The notes beneath the pieces are model-generated. The model saw only the letters and a program-made list of their open reading frames with translations, did not search any database and was not told the DNA's origin. From positions 41,310-105,309 of the forward strand of contig JAUVNS010000015.1 of the NCBI GenBank assembly GCA_030599585.1: 64,000 nt of DNA. The letters are read 5' to 3'. This DNA comes from Promethearchaeota archaeon. Its GTDB lineage: Archaea > Asgardarchaeota > Lokiarchaeia > Sigyniarchaeales > SOKP01. The translations under genes and the position numbers were made by a program. Positions within the stretch are counted from its first letter, which is position 1, and every line of letters starts with the position of its first letter. Below, piece after piece: positions 51,770 to 61,646 of this stretch.

Positions 51770-54142
51770 TTATTTAGATCTTCCTTTCTTTTTTTTATCA
51801 GGAATCTCACTCTGGAGAGATTTTTTGAATTTCATTATGTTTTCGTAGAGTTCATTACAGAAATTTTCGAATTGCATTGGCTCAAATTGGGTACCGAATT
51901 CTCTGTGGAGCTCTAATTCCTTTAAATCGTCCCAAGCAAAAGCTACTCCCAAAATCGGTACGATTTGTAATTTGTTCGTTTTTGCAAGGTCTAATTCAGT
52001 CTTGCAATCTTGTGAGCTTATGGAGTCTTCAGTGGAAATGAACAATAATAGATGACAACGAGGCACAATTTTTTGCATCCATTCGTCAATATTTCCTGAA
52101 AGATCCACTTCACAATAGAATACACGCCCTATTTCTTTTTGAGACTCCAGATATTTGGCAATATCATCAATACGGTATTTTTTAAAATCGTCAACTGAAT
52201 GACTTATAAACACGCGCATTCCCTTTCTGAAATATCTCCCTAATTCGAAAAACCTCATCGACATTACTATTCCAACAACGCTAGGGATAATTATTACGAG
52301 CATTAATAAAATAACAAAGATATCAACTAGGAAGGTATATCTTAAAGTTTCGTAAATAAAATAGTACTGTAGGACGAGTCCTAATATGCTCCATACCATA
52401 AGATATCGATTTTTCATTCTTATACTAAAAAAAAGAAAGTACATTGAGTAGAGAGAGACCATAAACGGTGCGATCACACTATGTGAGATTACTATTGCTA
52501 GTGCCGTTATCACTTCATAAAGATCACTAAACATGCTACCAATTAACAAGGCAGAATCTTGTATTATAGGCCATAAAATTACTGATAAGACACTATAGAT
52601 TAAGTACATAATAGCACCAGAGATAAGGTAATTACCATAATTAGCTCGATTTTTTACACCAACCACTAAAAAAGAAATTGCAATAATGACTCGTAATCCT
52701 AGCTGGCTATATACGTAAATCAAAAATAGAGAAAATGCAAGCACTAAATCTATGAAAGGTAGCGCTAGTAGAGTCAAGGCAAAAAAGGGTAACTCTAAAA
52801 TATAAATAATACATGATATTAGACTAACTTTTTTTAATAATTGAACTTTTTTAAAACCTTTTACCTGTTTTCCCAACGCATAAGCTCCTAAAAAAACAAA
52901 AATAATATCAGAAAACCTGGTGATCTCAGCTATTACATCCATTAAATATAAGTCAGGATTTAGTGTAAATGATTCAATATCTTCTATTATAAAGTGTTGA
53001 ACTACTTTAAATATGAAAAGACCAGACATTAGTACAACAAAAATAAAAGTTCCATATCGACGTAAGAAAGGAAGAGTTTCTTTTGCTCCTTCATCATCTA
53101 AAATAGCTCCATCTCTGGAAGATCTTCGCCGTAAAAGAAGAATTCCGAATACGATTATAATGCTGACACTCCCTGTTATCATCCCAATTACAAGGAAGTA
53201 TGGGTTTAAATCGCTACAATCTCCTTGGATTTGAAAATCTTGAATATCTATTCCATTGCTACTAAAATTGTTATTTGAAACAGTATTGCATTTAGAATTT
53301 TCAGCTAAATAAATACCAATATCATTGTTATTTATTATATTGAATGTGATTCTATTCTTTTCACTATTTTCTACATGAAATCCCTCTACGTGAATTCCCT
53401 CTAGATTGTTGTATATAGTGTTTTCCGAAATGTAATTATTATTTCCACTTATTTCTATTCCATAATTATTATGATTACTTATGTTATTCTCTGTAATTTC
53501 ATTATAGTCACCTGACAATAAAATACCTTCTTCACCGAAATCAATAGTATTTTTTGTCACGGTGTTGTCTTCTGAAACAAAGAGACCTATATTATAATCA
53601 GAGTTATCAAAAAGCACATTATCGGAGACATTATTCTTATTGCTACCCCAAAGGTATATTCCATATTTGTTAGATTCAATAATATTCTTATAGATCAATG
53701 ATCTATCTGCGTAATCTAAGGTTATTCCATAATATTCATTGCTTGAAACAGAGTTATTTTTGATTATTCCATTGATGATATTACTTAAACTAATTCCGGT
53801 TCCCGAATTATAGACGGTACAGTTTTCAATCTTAAAATAAACATTAGAATTTTCAATCCAAATACCTCTTCCAGCACCACCGCCATTGATTACAAGATCT
53901 TCTATGATATATGGATCAGACTTTGTTCCCTCCCCCGTACATATTCCCGCAGTTTTCGCATCAGCCCAATTATTATCAATATGAATTCTCCCCGAAATTT
54001 TTGCGCTAAATAAATCTTCATTATCTAAATTAGCATCATTGCTATTTCCTGTGTAAAAACTATGATAATTATTGATTATTAAAACGAAGGCTACTCCTAT
54101 AATTAATAAAATTATTACTTTTAAATTAGAATTTAATTTGAT
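51770..54142 (-). CDS. Receptor-like protein: NosD/beta-helix ectodomain, multi-TM region, C-terminal TIR domain (probable ATC start)
   Basis: N/G-rich parallel beta-helix repeats; about 9 TM; VFISHS...SSQDCKTEL..A..IVPI TIR; frame open upstream of 53698 with signal peptide and GEGTKSDPYIIE. Confidence 0.85.
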   Translation of the reverse strand: MKLNSNLKVIILLIIGVAFVLIINNYHSFYTGNSNDANLDNEDLFSAKISGRIHIDNNWADAKTAGICTGEGTKSDPYIIEDLVINGGGAGRGIWIENSNVYFKIENCTVYNSGTGISLSNIINGIIKNNSVSSNEYYGITLDYADRSLIYKNIIESNKYGIYLWGSNKNNVSDNVLFDNSDYNIGLFVSEDNTVTKNTIDFGEEGILLSGDYNEITENNISNHNNYGIEISGNNNYISENTIYNNLEGIHVEGFHVENSEKNRITFNIINNNDIGIYLAENSKCNTVSNNNFSSNGIDIQDFQIQGDCSDLNPYFLVIGMITGSVSIIIVFGILLLRRRSSRDGAILDDEGAKETLPFLRRYGTFIFVVLMSGLFIFKVVQHFIIEDIESFTLNPDLYLMDVIAEITRFSDIIFVFLGAYALGKQVKGFKKVQLLKKVSLISCIIYILELPFFALTLLALPFIDLVLAFSLFLIYVYSQLGLRVIIAISFLVVGVKNRANYGNYLISGAIMYLIYSVLSVILWPIIQDSALLIGSMFSDLYEVITALAIVISHSVIAPFMVSLYSMYFLFFSIRMKNRYLMVWSILGLVLQYYFIYETLRYTFLVDIFVILLMLVIIIPSVVGIVMSMRFFELGRYFRKGMRVFISHSVDDFKKYRIDDIAKYLESQKEIGRVFYCEVDLSGNIDEWMQKIVPRCHLLLFISTEDSISSQDCKTELDLAKTNKLQIVPILGVAFAWDDLKELELHREFGTQFEPMQFENFCNELYENIMKFKKSLQSEIPDKKKKGRSK

Positions 54143-54491
54143 TCTAGTTTCACCAGAAGAAAATAGACAATTGTGTAATTAATTTATGATGATAAATATT
54201 TAAAATTAATGCATAGTTCATTCTTAAGATATAATCTCAATTTGTTCCGGAGTTTTCACTCCATTTTTTATTTTCTTATCCTGAAGTGCGTTGGGGTTGT
54301 GTTCCGGATTAGATTTTTTTTATGTGTGTTTTTTTTGAATTTCACAGAAATCTACCAGTAAAAACCTACGCTTACTACTAATTAATCAATGAAGGTTTAA
54401 ATAGGAGTTAACACAATTTTTATACATACCGTCTCAATACGCATGGCGATAAAAAAATGCTAAAAGAATATGGAAATTAGAAGGTGCTTAT

Positions 54492-54776
54492 ATGACAATT
54501 GCCAGAGGAGAGAAATTTAGGAGCAATTGTTGTAGAATTTCAATTGGACTTATCGTTTGTTTATTCGGCGTTACTTTTTTATCAATATATTTAGAAGGAT
54601 ATGGTTATATAAGCGGTGGATTCTCTGAGAGCCAATTCTTTTTGAGACAAAGTATCAGCTTGTTTTTATCTATAGTATTACTACCACTCAGTATGTTACT
54701 TATTTTTTGGGATAAAATAGTAATTTCCTTAAATAACATAATGAGAAAAAGGAGAGAAAAACATAAACCCCGGTAA
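54492..54776 (+). CDS. Small 2-TM membrane protein (cassette)
   Basis: Hydrophobic ORF with AGGTG SD, between cores 54299 and 54820. Confidence 0.65.
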   Translation: MTIARGEKFRSNCCRISIGLIVCLFGVTFLSIYLEGYGYISGGFSESQFFLRQSISLFLSIVLLPLSMLLIFWDKIVISLNNIMRKRREKHKPR

Positions 54777-55023
54777 AAAGCAGTTAAAAACAAAACCATT
54801 TAATTCAAGTTGAGAAGTTGTGTTCCGGAGTTTTTACTCCAACTATTTTTTATTTTTTGAATTTTCACAGAAATCTACCAGTAAAAACTAGCGATTACTA
54901 CTAATTAATCACTGAAGATTTAAATAGGGGGTAAATTAATTTTTATACATCTCTGTCTCTTGATAACAGTAATAAATTAGCAAAAAACAAGACAAAAAGA
55001 GCTAAAAAAAGGAGGAAAAAAAA

Positions 55024-56031
55024 ATGGTAAAACAAGTAAAACCTTTAGAATACGGAGAAAAAGAACCACCTAAAATAAATAAAAATAATAAAATGTCGGT
55101 AGAATTTAAAGGAAAAGAATATACGATTAAAAAAAAGGGGGGACTTTTAACGCTTAATCTTTCCATGAAAAAGATCAAGAGTATTTCAGAGATAAAAGGA
55201 CTCGAAAGTCTAAACAAGTTACAAGTATTAAACCTTAGTAATAATTCCATCTTTGAGATCGAAGGACTCGAAAGTCTAAACGAGTTACAAGTATTAAAGC
55301 TTAGTTATAACGCTATTTTTGAGATCGAAGGACTTGAAACCCTAAAAAATCTAAGGGAATTACACCTTGATTCGAATCGTATTGTAAAAATTAAAGGGCT
55401 CGAAGCTCTTAAAGACCTAAAATTTTTGAACCTTGCTGCCAATTCAATTTCTGAGATTGGAGGGCTTGATACCTTGACTAATTTAGAAAAATTGTACCTC
55501 GAAAGTAATAACATAGAAATTATTAAAGGACTTGATACTCTAGAAAACTTGCGCACATTAAGACTAGAGGGGAACATGATTGCTAAAGTAGAGAGTTTTC
55601 AAAACAAAGTAAAATTATACTCCCTCCTTTTCAGTGGAAATCCATTATATGAACAGGTTAAAGAGATGTTTGGGACGTCAAATGCCCAAAATCTGATGGA
55701 ATTTAGCCAAATGTCTGATAGTGAGATATTTACTAAAGCACAAATAATCGGTGAAAAAAATAGAGAGCAGAGACTTGCCCAGGAAATTCAAGAGAGAAAA
55801 AGAATAATAATAATGGCTAACAATAAAAGTGTAGTATGGATTATTTTGGGACTTATTGGGGGGATTATGTTTAGCATCAGCGTTTCCTATTTATTAGGAA
55901 CCCTTGTGTATGCTTTTGGTTTTGGTTGGTTAGGGGCGTCTGTATCCATCGCCGACATTCTGCGTTATCTTATACCCACGCTTATTGGAGCGGTGTTGTG
56001 TCTCATAAGCTATTTTTATTTGAGAAGTTAG
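55024..56031 (+). CDS. Leucine-rich repeat protein (SDS22-like) with C-terminal TM segments
   Basis: 22-aa LxxLxLxxNxIxxIxGLxxL repeats; GGAGG SD. Confidence 0.9.
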   Translation: MVKQVKPLEYGEKEPPKINKNNKMSVEFKGKEYTIKKKGGLLTLNLSMKKIKSISEIKGLESLNKLQVLNLSNNSIFEIEGLESLNELQVLKLSYNAIFEIEGLETLKNLRELHLDSNRIVKIKGLEALKDLKFLNLAANSISEIGGLDTLTNLEKLYLESNNIEIIKGLDTLENLRTLRLEGNMIAKVESFQNKVKLYSLLFSGNPLYEQVKEMFGTSNAQNLMEFSQMSDSEIFTKAQIIGEKNREQRLAQEIQERKRIIIMANNKSVVWIILGLIGGIMFSISVSYLLGTLVYAFGFGWLGASVSIADILRYLIPTLIGAVLCLISYFYLRS

Positions 56032-56198
56032 TTTGTTTTGCGAGATTTCAGTTGAGAAGTTGTGTTCCTGAATTATACTTTTTTTACCGATTAATGTTAT
56101 CTGATATCGCTACAGATTAATGTTGTGATGTAGAAGATTTTTATATGTTACCCGGGCTTATGATACTTATCGACTGACAAACCATGGTTTAAGAGTCA

Positions 56199-56408
56199 AT
56201 GGTAAAAAAGATAGGAATGCTTATATTCGGGACAATCTTCACTGTTTTTGGTGTAATACTCATTATTTATTGTCTTACTGCGATGCCTTACGAACGGGGT
56301 TCCTACTTGGTTTTCTTCTTGGTTCCTTTATTTATGGGATTTTTGTTAATTTTGGTTGGCTTAGGTGCATTATTAGCGAGGCGTAAAGATATTTTAATGG
56401 CTCAATGA
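56199..56408 (+). CDS. Small 2-TM membrane protein (cassette)
   Basis: Between cores 56062 and 56455. Confidence 0.65.
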   Translation: MVKKIGMLIFGTIFTVFGVILIIYCLTAMPYERGSYLVFFLVPLFMGFLLILVGLGALLARRKDILMAQ

Positions 56409-56642
56409 GAGCAAGCGTGGTTTGTTTCGAGATTGAATGTTAGGGTTGGGGTGTGTGTTCCGGACTATTTTTATTTTTTATTTCAGCACTTTTAAATTTA
56501 TTTACCAAAGGTTAATTTTAATTGAAAGGCATATGAAATCCATAGAAAGTGAAACCTGCAATCAGTATATTTATATATTTCTTTATCTTTTTCCTATATT
56601 ATATCACGATAGATAAAAATCTCGGTAATTTATGAAAGCATA

Positions 56643-57110
56643 ATGAATACAAAAGCAAGAATAATATCAATAGTAGTTATTTCATTTTTTATAGGATTAA
56701 TTATAATAGCTTTTCTTATACCTCTATTTATGTATTCATTCATATTTCATTCGTATAAAAATTTCCGCCATCTTTTTATGAGCTATAACTTTTATATATT
56801 TTTAGACCTTTTTGTCTTAGTTATTATCTTATTTTTATATTTGTATTACCTAATAAGACCAATAAAAACTTTAAATGGAAAAAAAACCCTCACTATAATT
56901 GAGATGATTTTAGGAGGAATTTTAGTTATTTTCCCATTAATTGGAATTGGTGTTCTATCCTCTTCATTTTTATCGATATATTTAGAGGGTTTTTTTTTAT
57001 TTTATTTGGTAGGATTGTTATTTTACTGTTTTTTACTCATACCTGGTACAATTTTATTTATTCATGGATGGCACCTACGAAAAAACCTCCGAATTGAGGG
57101 CTCCCTCTGA
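56643..57110 (+). CDS. 4-TM membrane protein (cassette)
   Basis: Between cores 56455 and 57162. Confidence 0.65.
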   Translation: MNTKARIISIVVISFFIGLIIIAFLIPLFMYSFIFHSYKNFRHLFMSYNFYIFLDLFVLVIILFLYLYYLIRPIKTLNGKKTLTIIEMILGGILVIFPLIGIGVLSSSFLSIYLEGFFLFYLVGLLFYCFLLIPGTILFIHGWHLRKNLRIEGSL

Positions 57111-57181
57111 GGGTTAGTGGTGAGCGAAATTTTGCGAGATATTTTGTATTGAGTAGGGGTTGTGTTCCTGATTATGTTTTT

Positions 57182-57604
57182 TTAGTTTTTTTTATAATTT
57201 TTCGTTCTGAACTTCTCTGCTTTTTGTAATAACTTTTTAGCATTATCAAAAGTTACCTTTTTAAGTGCTTCATGTAATGGCAACCAGACATAATCTTCAT
57301 GCTCATAACTAATTTTTACATCCTTAGTTTTGGACTTAATAAGATAACATCGTACATATTTATGAAATCTTTGACCTTTGAAAGTGAAATAATAGTTATA
57401 ATTCTCTCTATATCCTTTTATAACAATGGCGTCTATAATACTCGTTTCTTCCTCTAACTCCCTTAAAATTGTCTGTTCATCAGATTCATTTTCTTCTTTA
57501 TGACCCTTTACAAATTCCCAGTGACCTAATCCGTATTTAAGAAGTAGATATTCGTTTTTATGGTAAACAATTGCAGCGACTGAAAATTCCTCTTTTAAAC
57601 TCAT
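57182..57604 (-). CDS. Nudix hydrolase (Ap4A hydrolase-like)
   Basis: HWEFVKGH..ENES..QTILRELEEETS Nudix box; SYEH. Confidence 0.88.
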   Translation of the reverse strand: MSLKEEFSVAAIVYHKNEYLLLKYGLGHWEFVKGHKEENESDEQTILRELEEETSIIDAIVIKGYRENYNYYFTFKGQRFHKYVRCYLIKSKTKDVKISYEHEDYVWLPLHEALKKVTFDNAKKLLQKAEKFRTKNYKKN

Positions 57605-57872
57605 TTTTAAGTTAAGTTATTATGTTAGTATAATAGAATAAAAATCAGTTAAGCTCATAAATTTTGTCCAAATAATGTAAATCAGCTTAAGCTGTTTTAG
57701 CTTACTAGATATTTCGAGATTGAAGGGTGGGAGCGTGTTCCGGGATTCTTACTCCATTTTTTTACTATTTCAGATATTAACTTAAAATCTAATAATTCGT
57801 CCTGAAAGGTAAATTCAGAGGCTGATTTCAATGCAAATTTCATTAAAAAAGAAACATTAGGTTCTCAAACGA

Positions 57873-58652
57873 TTATATTTTCATCGCAACGGCTAAGATC
57901 CGCTTTGTATCGTCGATTGTAGGGAGGTATCTCTTTGCTTCCATGATGTATGCAAAAGCTCCGTCTCTACCCATATCTTTGATTAACTCTTTCTTTAATT
58001 CTAAAGTTTTTTGGTAAACTTTGCTCTGGCGTTTTTTCCAATCTGGAGTTTCACTATAACTTTTTATAATAAAACCTGTATCTTCAAGGTAAGAGCGATA
58101 ATCATTAATTATGTTCGAATTTTTATTTTCCCAAGTAGTAAATACGAAATAAGTTTTTGAGCGTAAAATTCTTGCTGTTTCTTTAATTACTGCAAGGGGA
58201 TCTGGGATAAATGAGATTACATCAATACTTATTGCTCCATCAAAGCTATTTTCAGAAAAATTTAGTGAATGCATATTTCCTACTTGAAATTTGGCTATAC
58301 CTTTAATTTTGAAATTCACTGAACGATGTTGAGCTTCTTTTATCGCATTTTCTGAAAGATCGATTCCTATATAATTTGCTCCCGTTTCACGTGCTATCCA
58401 CATTCCTGGCCCACCTCTGCCACATCCTAGATCAATAAAAGATTTCCCAGGGCTAATATTAAGGTTTTTAGCAATGGTTCTCAGGTCAGTCATTGTAACG
58501 AAGCTGTCTGGATTGAGTTCTTCAGGATAGTCATCTCCATATACTTCCCGGAAGATATCTCGATACGACTCGCTCCTTTCTTTTTTATAAATTTGTTCAA
58601 ATAGGATTTTTAGGTTGTCTATGACTTTCTCCTCATTCTTTTCATTCATCAA
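57873..58652 (-). CDS. Class I SAM-dependent methyltransferase
   Basis: IDLGCGRGG, GIDLS, SFDGAISID. Confidence 0.9.
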   Translation of the reverse strand: MMNEKNEEKVIDNLKILFEQIYKKERSESYRDIFREVYGDDYPEELNPDSFVTMTDLRTIAKNLNISPGKSFIDLGCGRGGPGMWIARETGANYIGIDLSENAIKEAQHRSVNFKIKGIAKFQVGNMHSLNFSENSFDGAISIDVISFIPDPLAVIKETARILRSKTYFVFTTWENKNSNIINDYRSYLEDTGFIIKSYSETPDWKKRQSKVYQKTLELKKELIKDMGRDGAFAYIMEAKRYLPTIDDTKRILAVAMKI

Positions 58653-58669
58653 ACAATTTACCTACGATA

Positions 58670-59428
58670 TTATGGTATAATCCTTTTATCAAATTCTGGT
58701 AGGTCATCTGGCGGCCATCCTCTGGGAGTTTTGTACTTTTTTACATATCTATGATCGCACATTGGAGCTCCGAATCCTATAGCTTGAGTACGAGAGAATC
58801 CAAATCCTAAAATATGTGCTTCTGAGAAGTCAGCTAAACAAAAGAAGGGAATATATTTTTCAGCATCTAATCTCTTAAAAACTTTATGAAACCCACATTC
58901 ATGAAAATTAAATCCCCACTCAAAAGTCTTCCCATCACCTTCAACATAATCTGCAACCCAATCGTCGGGATAGTTCCTTAATTTTGACGTCTCACATAAC
59001 CTTTTCGCATAATCAATATAAGCAGATTCAAATGGATATTGGGCAGGATCTTTTCCAATCTTTTCCAGACTATTTTTTCTGATAGTATTATGTAGATCTC
59101 TGAATTTATAATAAAATTCCCCTATCTCTCGATGTGTGTATCCTTCTTTTTCTAGGATTCGAAACATTGCGAGGCTAGACATACCACCAACAAGGAGACT
59201 GGTAAAAGAATTTTTTCCCCCGCCAATATAAGGTATTTCCAGAATTAATTTCTCATATTCTTCTTTCATTTGCTCGAACATTTCCTTGATTTTAGCCTCG
59301 TCATACTTTTTTTTAAGGATATCTAGTGCAATTTTAATGTGGTTAGAAAAGTTTTTCATCAACTTTGGTTTTCTCTTAATATAATAATCTTTTACAACTT
59401 TAACAGTCATAAGTAAATTTTTCACCAA
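58670..59428 (-). CDS. L-2-amino-thiazoline-4-carboxylic acid hydrolase family protein
   Basis: ECGF...FCLAD...RTQAIGFGAPMCDHRY cysteine pattern. Confidence 0.75.
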   Translation of the reverse strand: MVKNLLMTVKVVKDYYIKRKPKLMKNFSNHIKIALDILKKKYDEAKIKEMFEQMKEEYEKLILEIPYIGGGKNSFTSLLVGGMSSLAMFRILEKEGYTHREIGEFYYKFRDLHNTIRKNSLEKIGKDPAQYPFESAYIDYAKRLCETSKLRNYPDDWVADYVEGDGKTFEWGFNFHECGFHKVFKRLDAEKYIPFFCLADFSEAHILGFGFSRTQAIGFGAPMCDHRYVKKYKTPRGWPPDDLPEFDKRIIP

Positions 59429-59558
59429 ATTTAAGCTACTAAATGGATTAAGACTACCTCAAATATTGATTCTTTCGCTTTTAAAATTGTTTATTCTTGC
59501 TAAAAGAAGTGATCAAAAAATGGAAATCCATGCAATCAGTAATTCCGTTTGAACTCAA

Positions 59559-59693
59559 GGTTCAGGCTTAGAGTGAATTAGGTTTGTGTGAGTGGCAGAC
59601 AATATGCGATTGTTTAGTTAGTTTGTTTCGAAGTTAAGAAGTGAGATAGAGGTTTGTATTTTGTATTGTGTTGGGTATGGGTTGTGTTCCGGA
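59559..59693 (+). repeat. Orphan copy of the 23S 3' trailer ending in the repeat core
   Basis: Aligns along its length with 27880-28012. Confidence 0.92.
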
Positions 59694-59828
59694 TTATATT
59701 TTTTTTATAGTATTTTTCTATTTTAATAATTAGCTTAAATCACAAAATTTCATCCTGAAAGGTAAATTCAGAGTCTGATTTTCATGAAAATTCTACTATG
59801 AAATTGGAATTCTCTAAGGATTGAGATT

Positions 59829-60404
59829 CTAAGATTTTTTCAATATTTCAATAATTCGCTGTATTTGTTGATTTATAGTATTCAAAATTTTAATGATGCT
59901 TTCTTTACCATCTTCGGATAAATCACTTTTAGGGCTTCCTTTTACGATTTTAGCTTTAAGCGGTGGTATAGGCATTCTTTGTTGAATTTTCTTTATTTCT
60001 GATTTCAGAACCATTGCTTCAGGAGAAACAGAGCCCATTTTTTCACTATTTCTAGTATATCGCATGTCGTCTAAAACTTCTGTCACAGGCATTGATTTTA
60101 GTTCAAAAGCATCTAAGAATTCTTCAACTTCATCCCCTTGATCCACAGATACAATTTTAACACCACCTTTTACTTCTTCTCTGAGTTCTGTAGCAATTCG
60201 TGCACTTATGAATCTTTTTTTAACTGGAGATGCTGAGCCCTTCCAAATGAAAATTCTTCTTAAATCCCATCTTAATATAACAAGCACTTGTTTTGCGTGT
60301 AAAATAGATTGTAAAGTCTGAGGTGTAATATCTTCAACTTGTTTTCTTTCACCACTCTCCTCTAATTCAAAAACTAAAAAATCCTCTAATTCTCTAGCTG
60401 CCAT
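59829..60404 (-). CDS. Gelsolin-domain protein (single domain plus C-terminal extension)
   Basis: RIFIWKGSASP..KRF.SA..A.EL...VSVDQGDE.EEFL.AF. Confidence 0.75.
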   Translation of the reverse strand: MAARELEDFLVFELEESGERKQVEDITPQTLQSILHAKQVLVILRWDLRRIFIWKGSASPVKKRFISARIATELREEVKGGVKIVSVDQGDEVEEFLDAFELKSMPVTEVLDDMRYTRNSEKMGSVSPEAMVLKSEIKKIQQRMPIPPLKAKIVKGSPKSDLSEDGKESIIKILNTINQQIQRIIEILKKS

Positions 60405-60663
60405 TTTTATCTAACTAGTTTTTAAAAAAATTAGTCATTAACTATTTATTATAACAAATTTGTATAAAAATTTTAACTTAAATCTAATTGTATCATCTGT
60501 TCGTTGAAATTTTATAACAAATTATAAATTGATGAGATAATAAGTAAGTAGGTTGGGGTTGTGTTCCGGATTTTAATTTTTTGTTTTGTTTTGTCTGTAT
60601 TATTTTTACTATTGTATTTCTTCCATCCCAATCCATTTAAACGAACGTGGAGAATTATATTAT

Positions 60664-61461
60664 ATGTCTCATGCTAATGTTTGGACCGAGAACTTTTTTG
60701 GTACCCGAGGGGGTCATATCCGGTATTTTCGGACTGGTGGCGATAAACCTTCATTGCTCTTACTGCATGGTGCGATGAGTAATGGTTTGTGTTGGAGTCG
60801 AGTTGCAAAATCGTTAGAATTAGACTTTGACATTATCCTACCAGATGCCCGTGGCCATGGGAAATCGGTTTCTCATCAACAGGACTATTCTTTATTTGAA
60901 TTAGTTGAAGACACGGCAGAATTAATTACCCATCTACAAATTGCTCCCGTAATTGTAATGGGTCATTCAATGGGCGCACAAATGGCTACTGAACTGGGTG
61001 CTCGCTACCCTGCTTTAGTAAAAAAGCTCGTTTTAGAAGATCCCGGCTATTATTTTAAAAATCCTTCATTTTTCACGTTGCTTTCTTATAATTGGATTAT
61101 CCGCCGCAATAGGAGGTGGGATCTATCTCAAATTCGAAAATGTTGCGACAAACTAATCAAAGGGTGGCACGAGGAGGATAAACTTTCATGGGTGGTAGCT
61201 CAAAAGCAATTTGCCGAAAATGCTGGGAAATTTTCTAAATCTTTCGATCCAAAACGGGAATGGTATTCGATTTTTCCCAGGGTAAAGGTCCCCACTTTGC
61301 TTTTAGTTTCTGAAAATGGGATTATGACAAGATCAGAAGCATCCGAGTATGTTCTTGCGTTTGGCGCTGCGAGCTACGAATATATTGAAGCTGCGGGTCA
61401 TATTATCCATTTCGACAATTTCGAAGTATTTATGTCGACTGTCCGAGCATTTTTGGGATAA
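60664..61461 (+). CDS. Alpha/beta hydrolase
   Basis: LLLHG, DARGHG, GHSMG, AGHIIH; ATG at 60664. Confidence 0.9.
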   Translation: MSHANVWTENFFGTRGGHIRYFRTGGDKPSLLLLHGAMSNGLCWSRVAKSLELDFDIILPDARGHGKSVSHQQDYSLFELVEDTAELITHLQIAPVIVMGHSMGAQMATELGARYPALVKKLVLEDPGYYFKNPSFFTLLSYNWIIRRNRRWDLSQIRKCCDKLIKGWHEEDKLSWVVAQKQFAENAGKFSKSFDPKREWYSIFPRVKVPTLLLVSENGIMTRSEASEYVLAFGAASYEYIEAAGHIIHFDNFEVFMSTVRAFLG

Positions 61462-61646
61462 CGTTCTCAACTTAGTTTTTCGAGATTAAGAAGTGAGCTG
61501 GAGGTTTGTATTATGTATTGCGTAGGGTATGGGTTGTGTTCCGGAGTTTATCTTTAGTAATTTATTTTAAAAACGCTTTGAGTTTAAGTATTAATACTAA
61601 TGCGCCTTATATTTCTTTGAATAATTAATTTTTAACGTGTTTGTAA

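Noticed and set aside
53699-54142. Suspected frameshift upstream of the TIR gene
   Set aside because: Manual translation shows the same frame is open; only a canonical start codon is missing.
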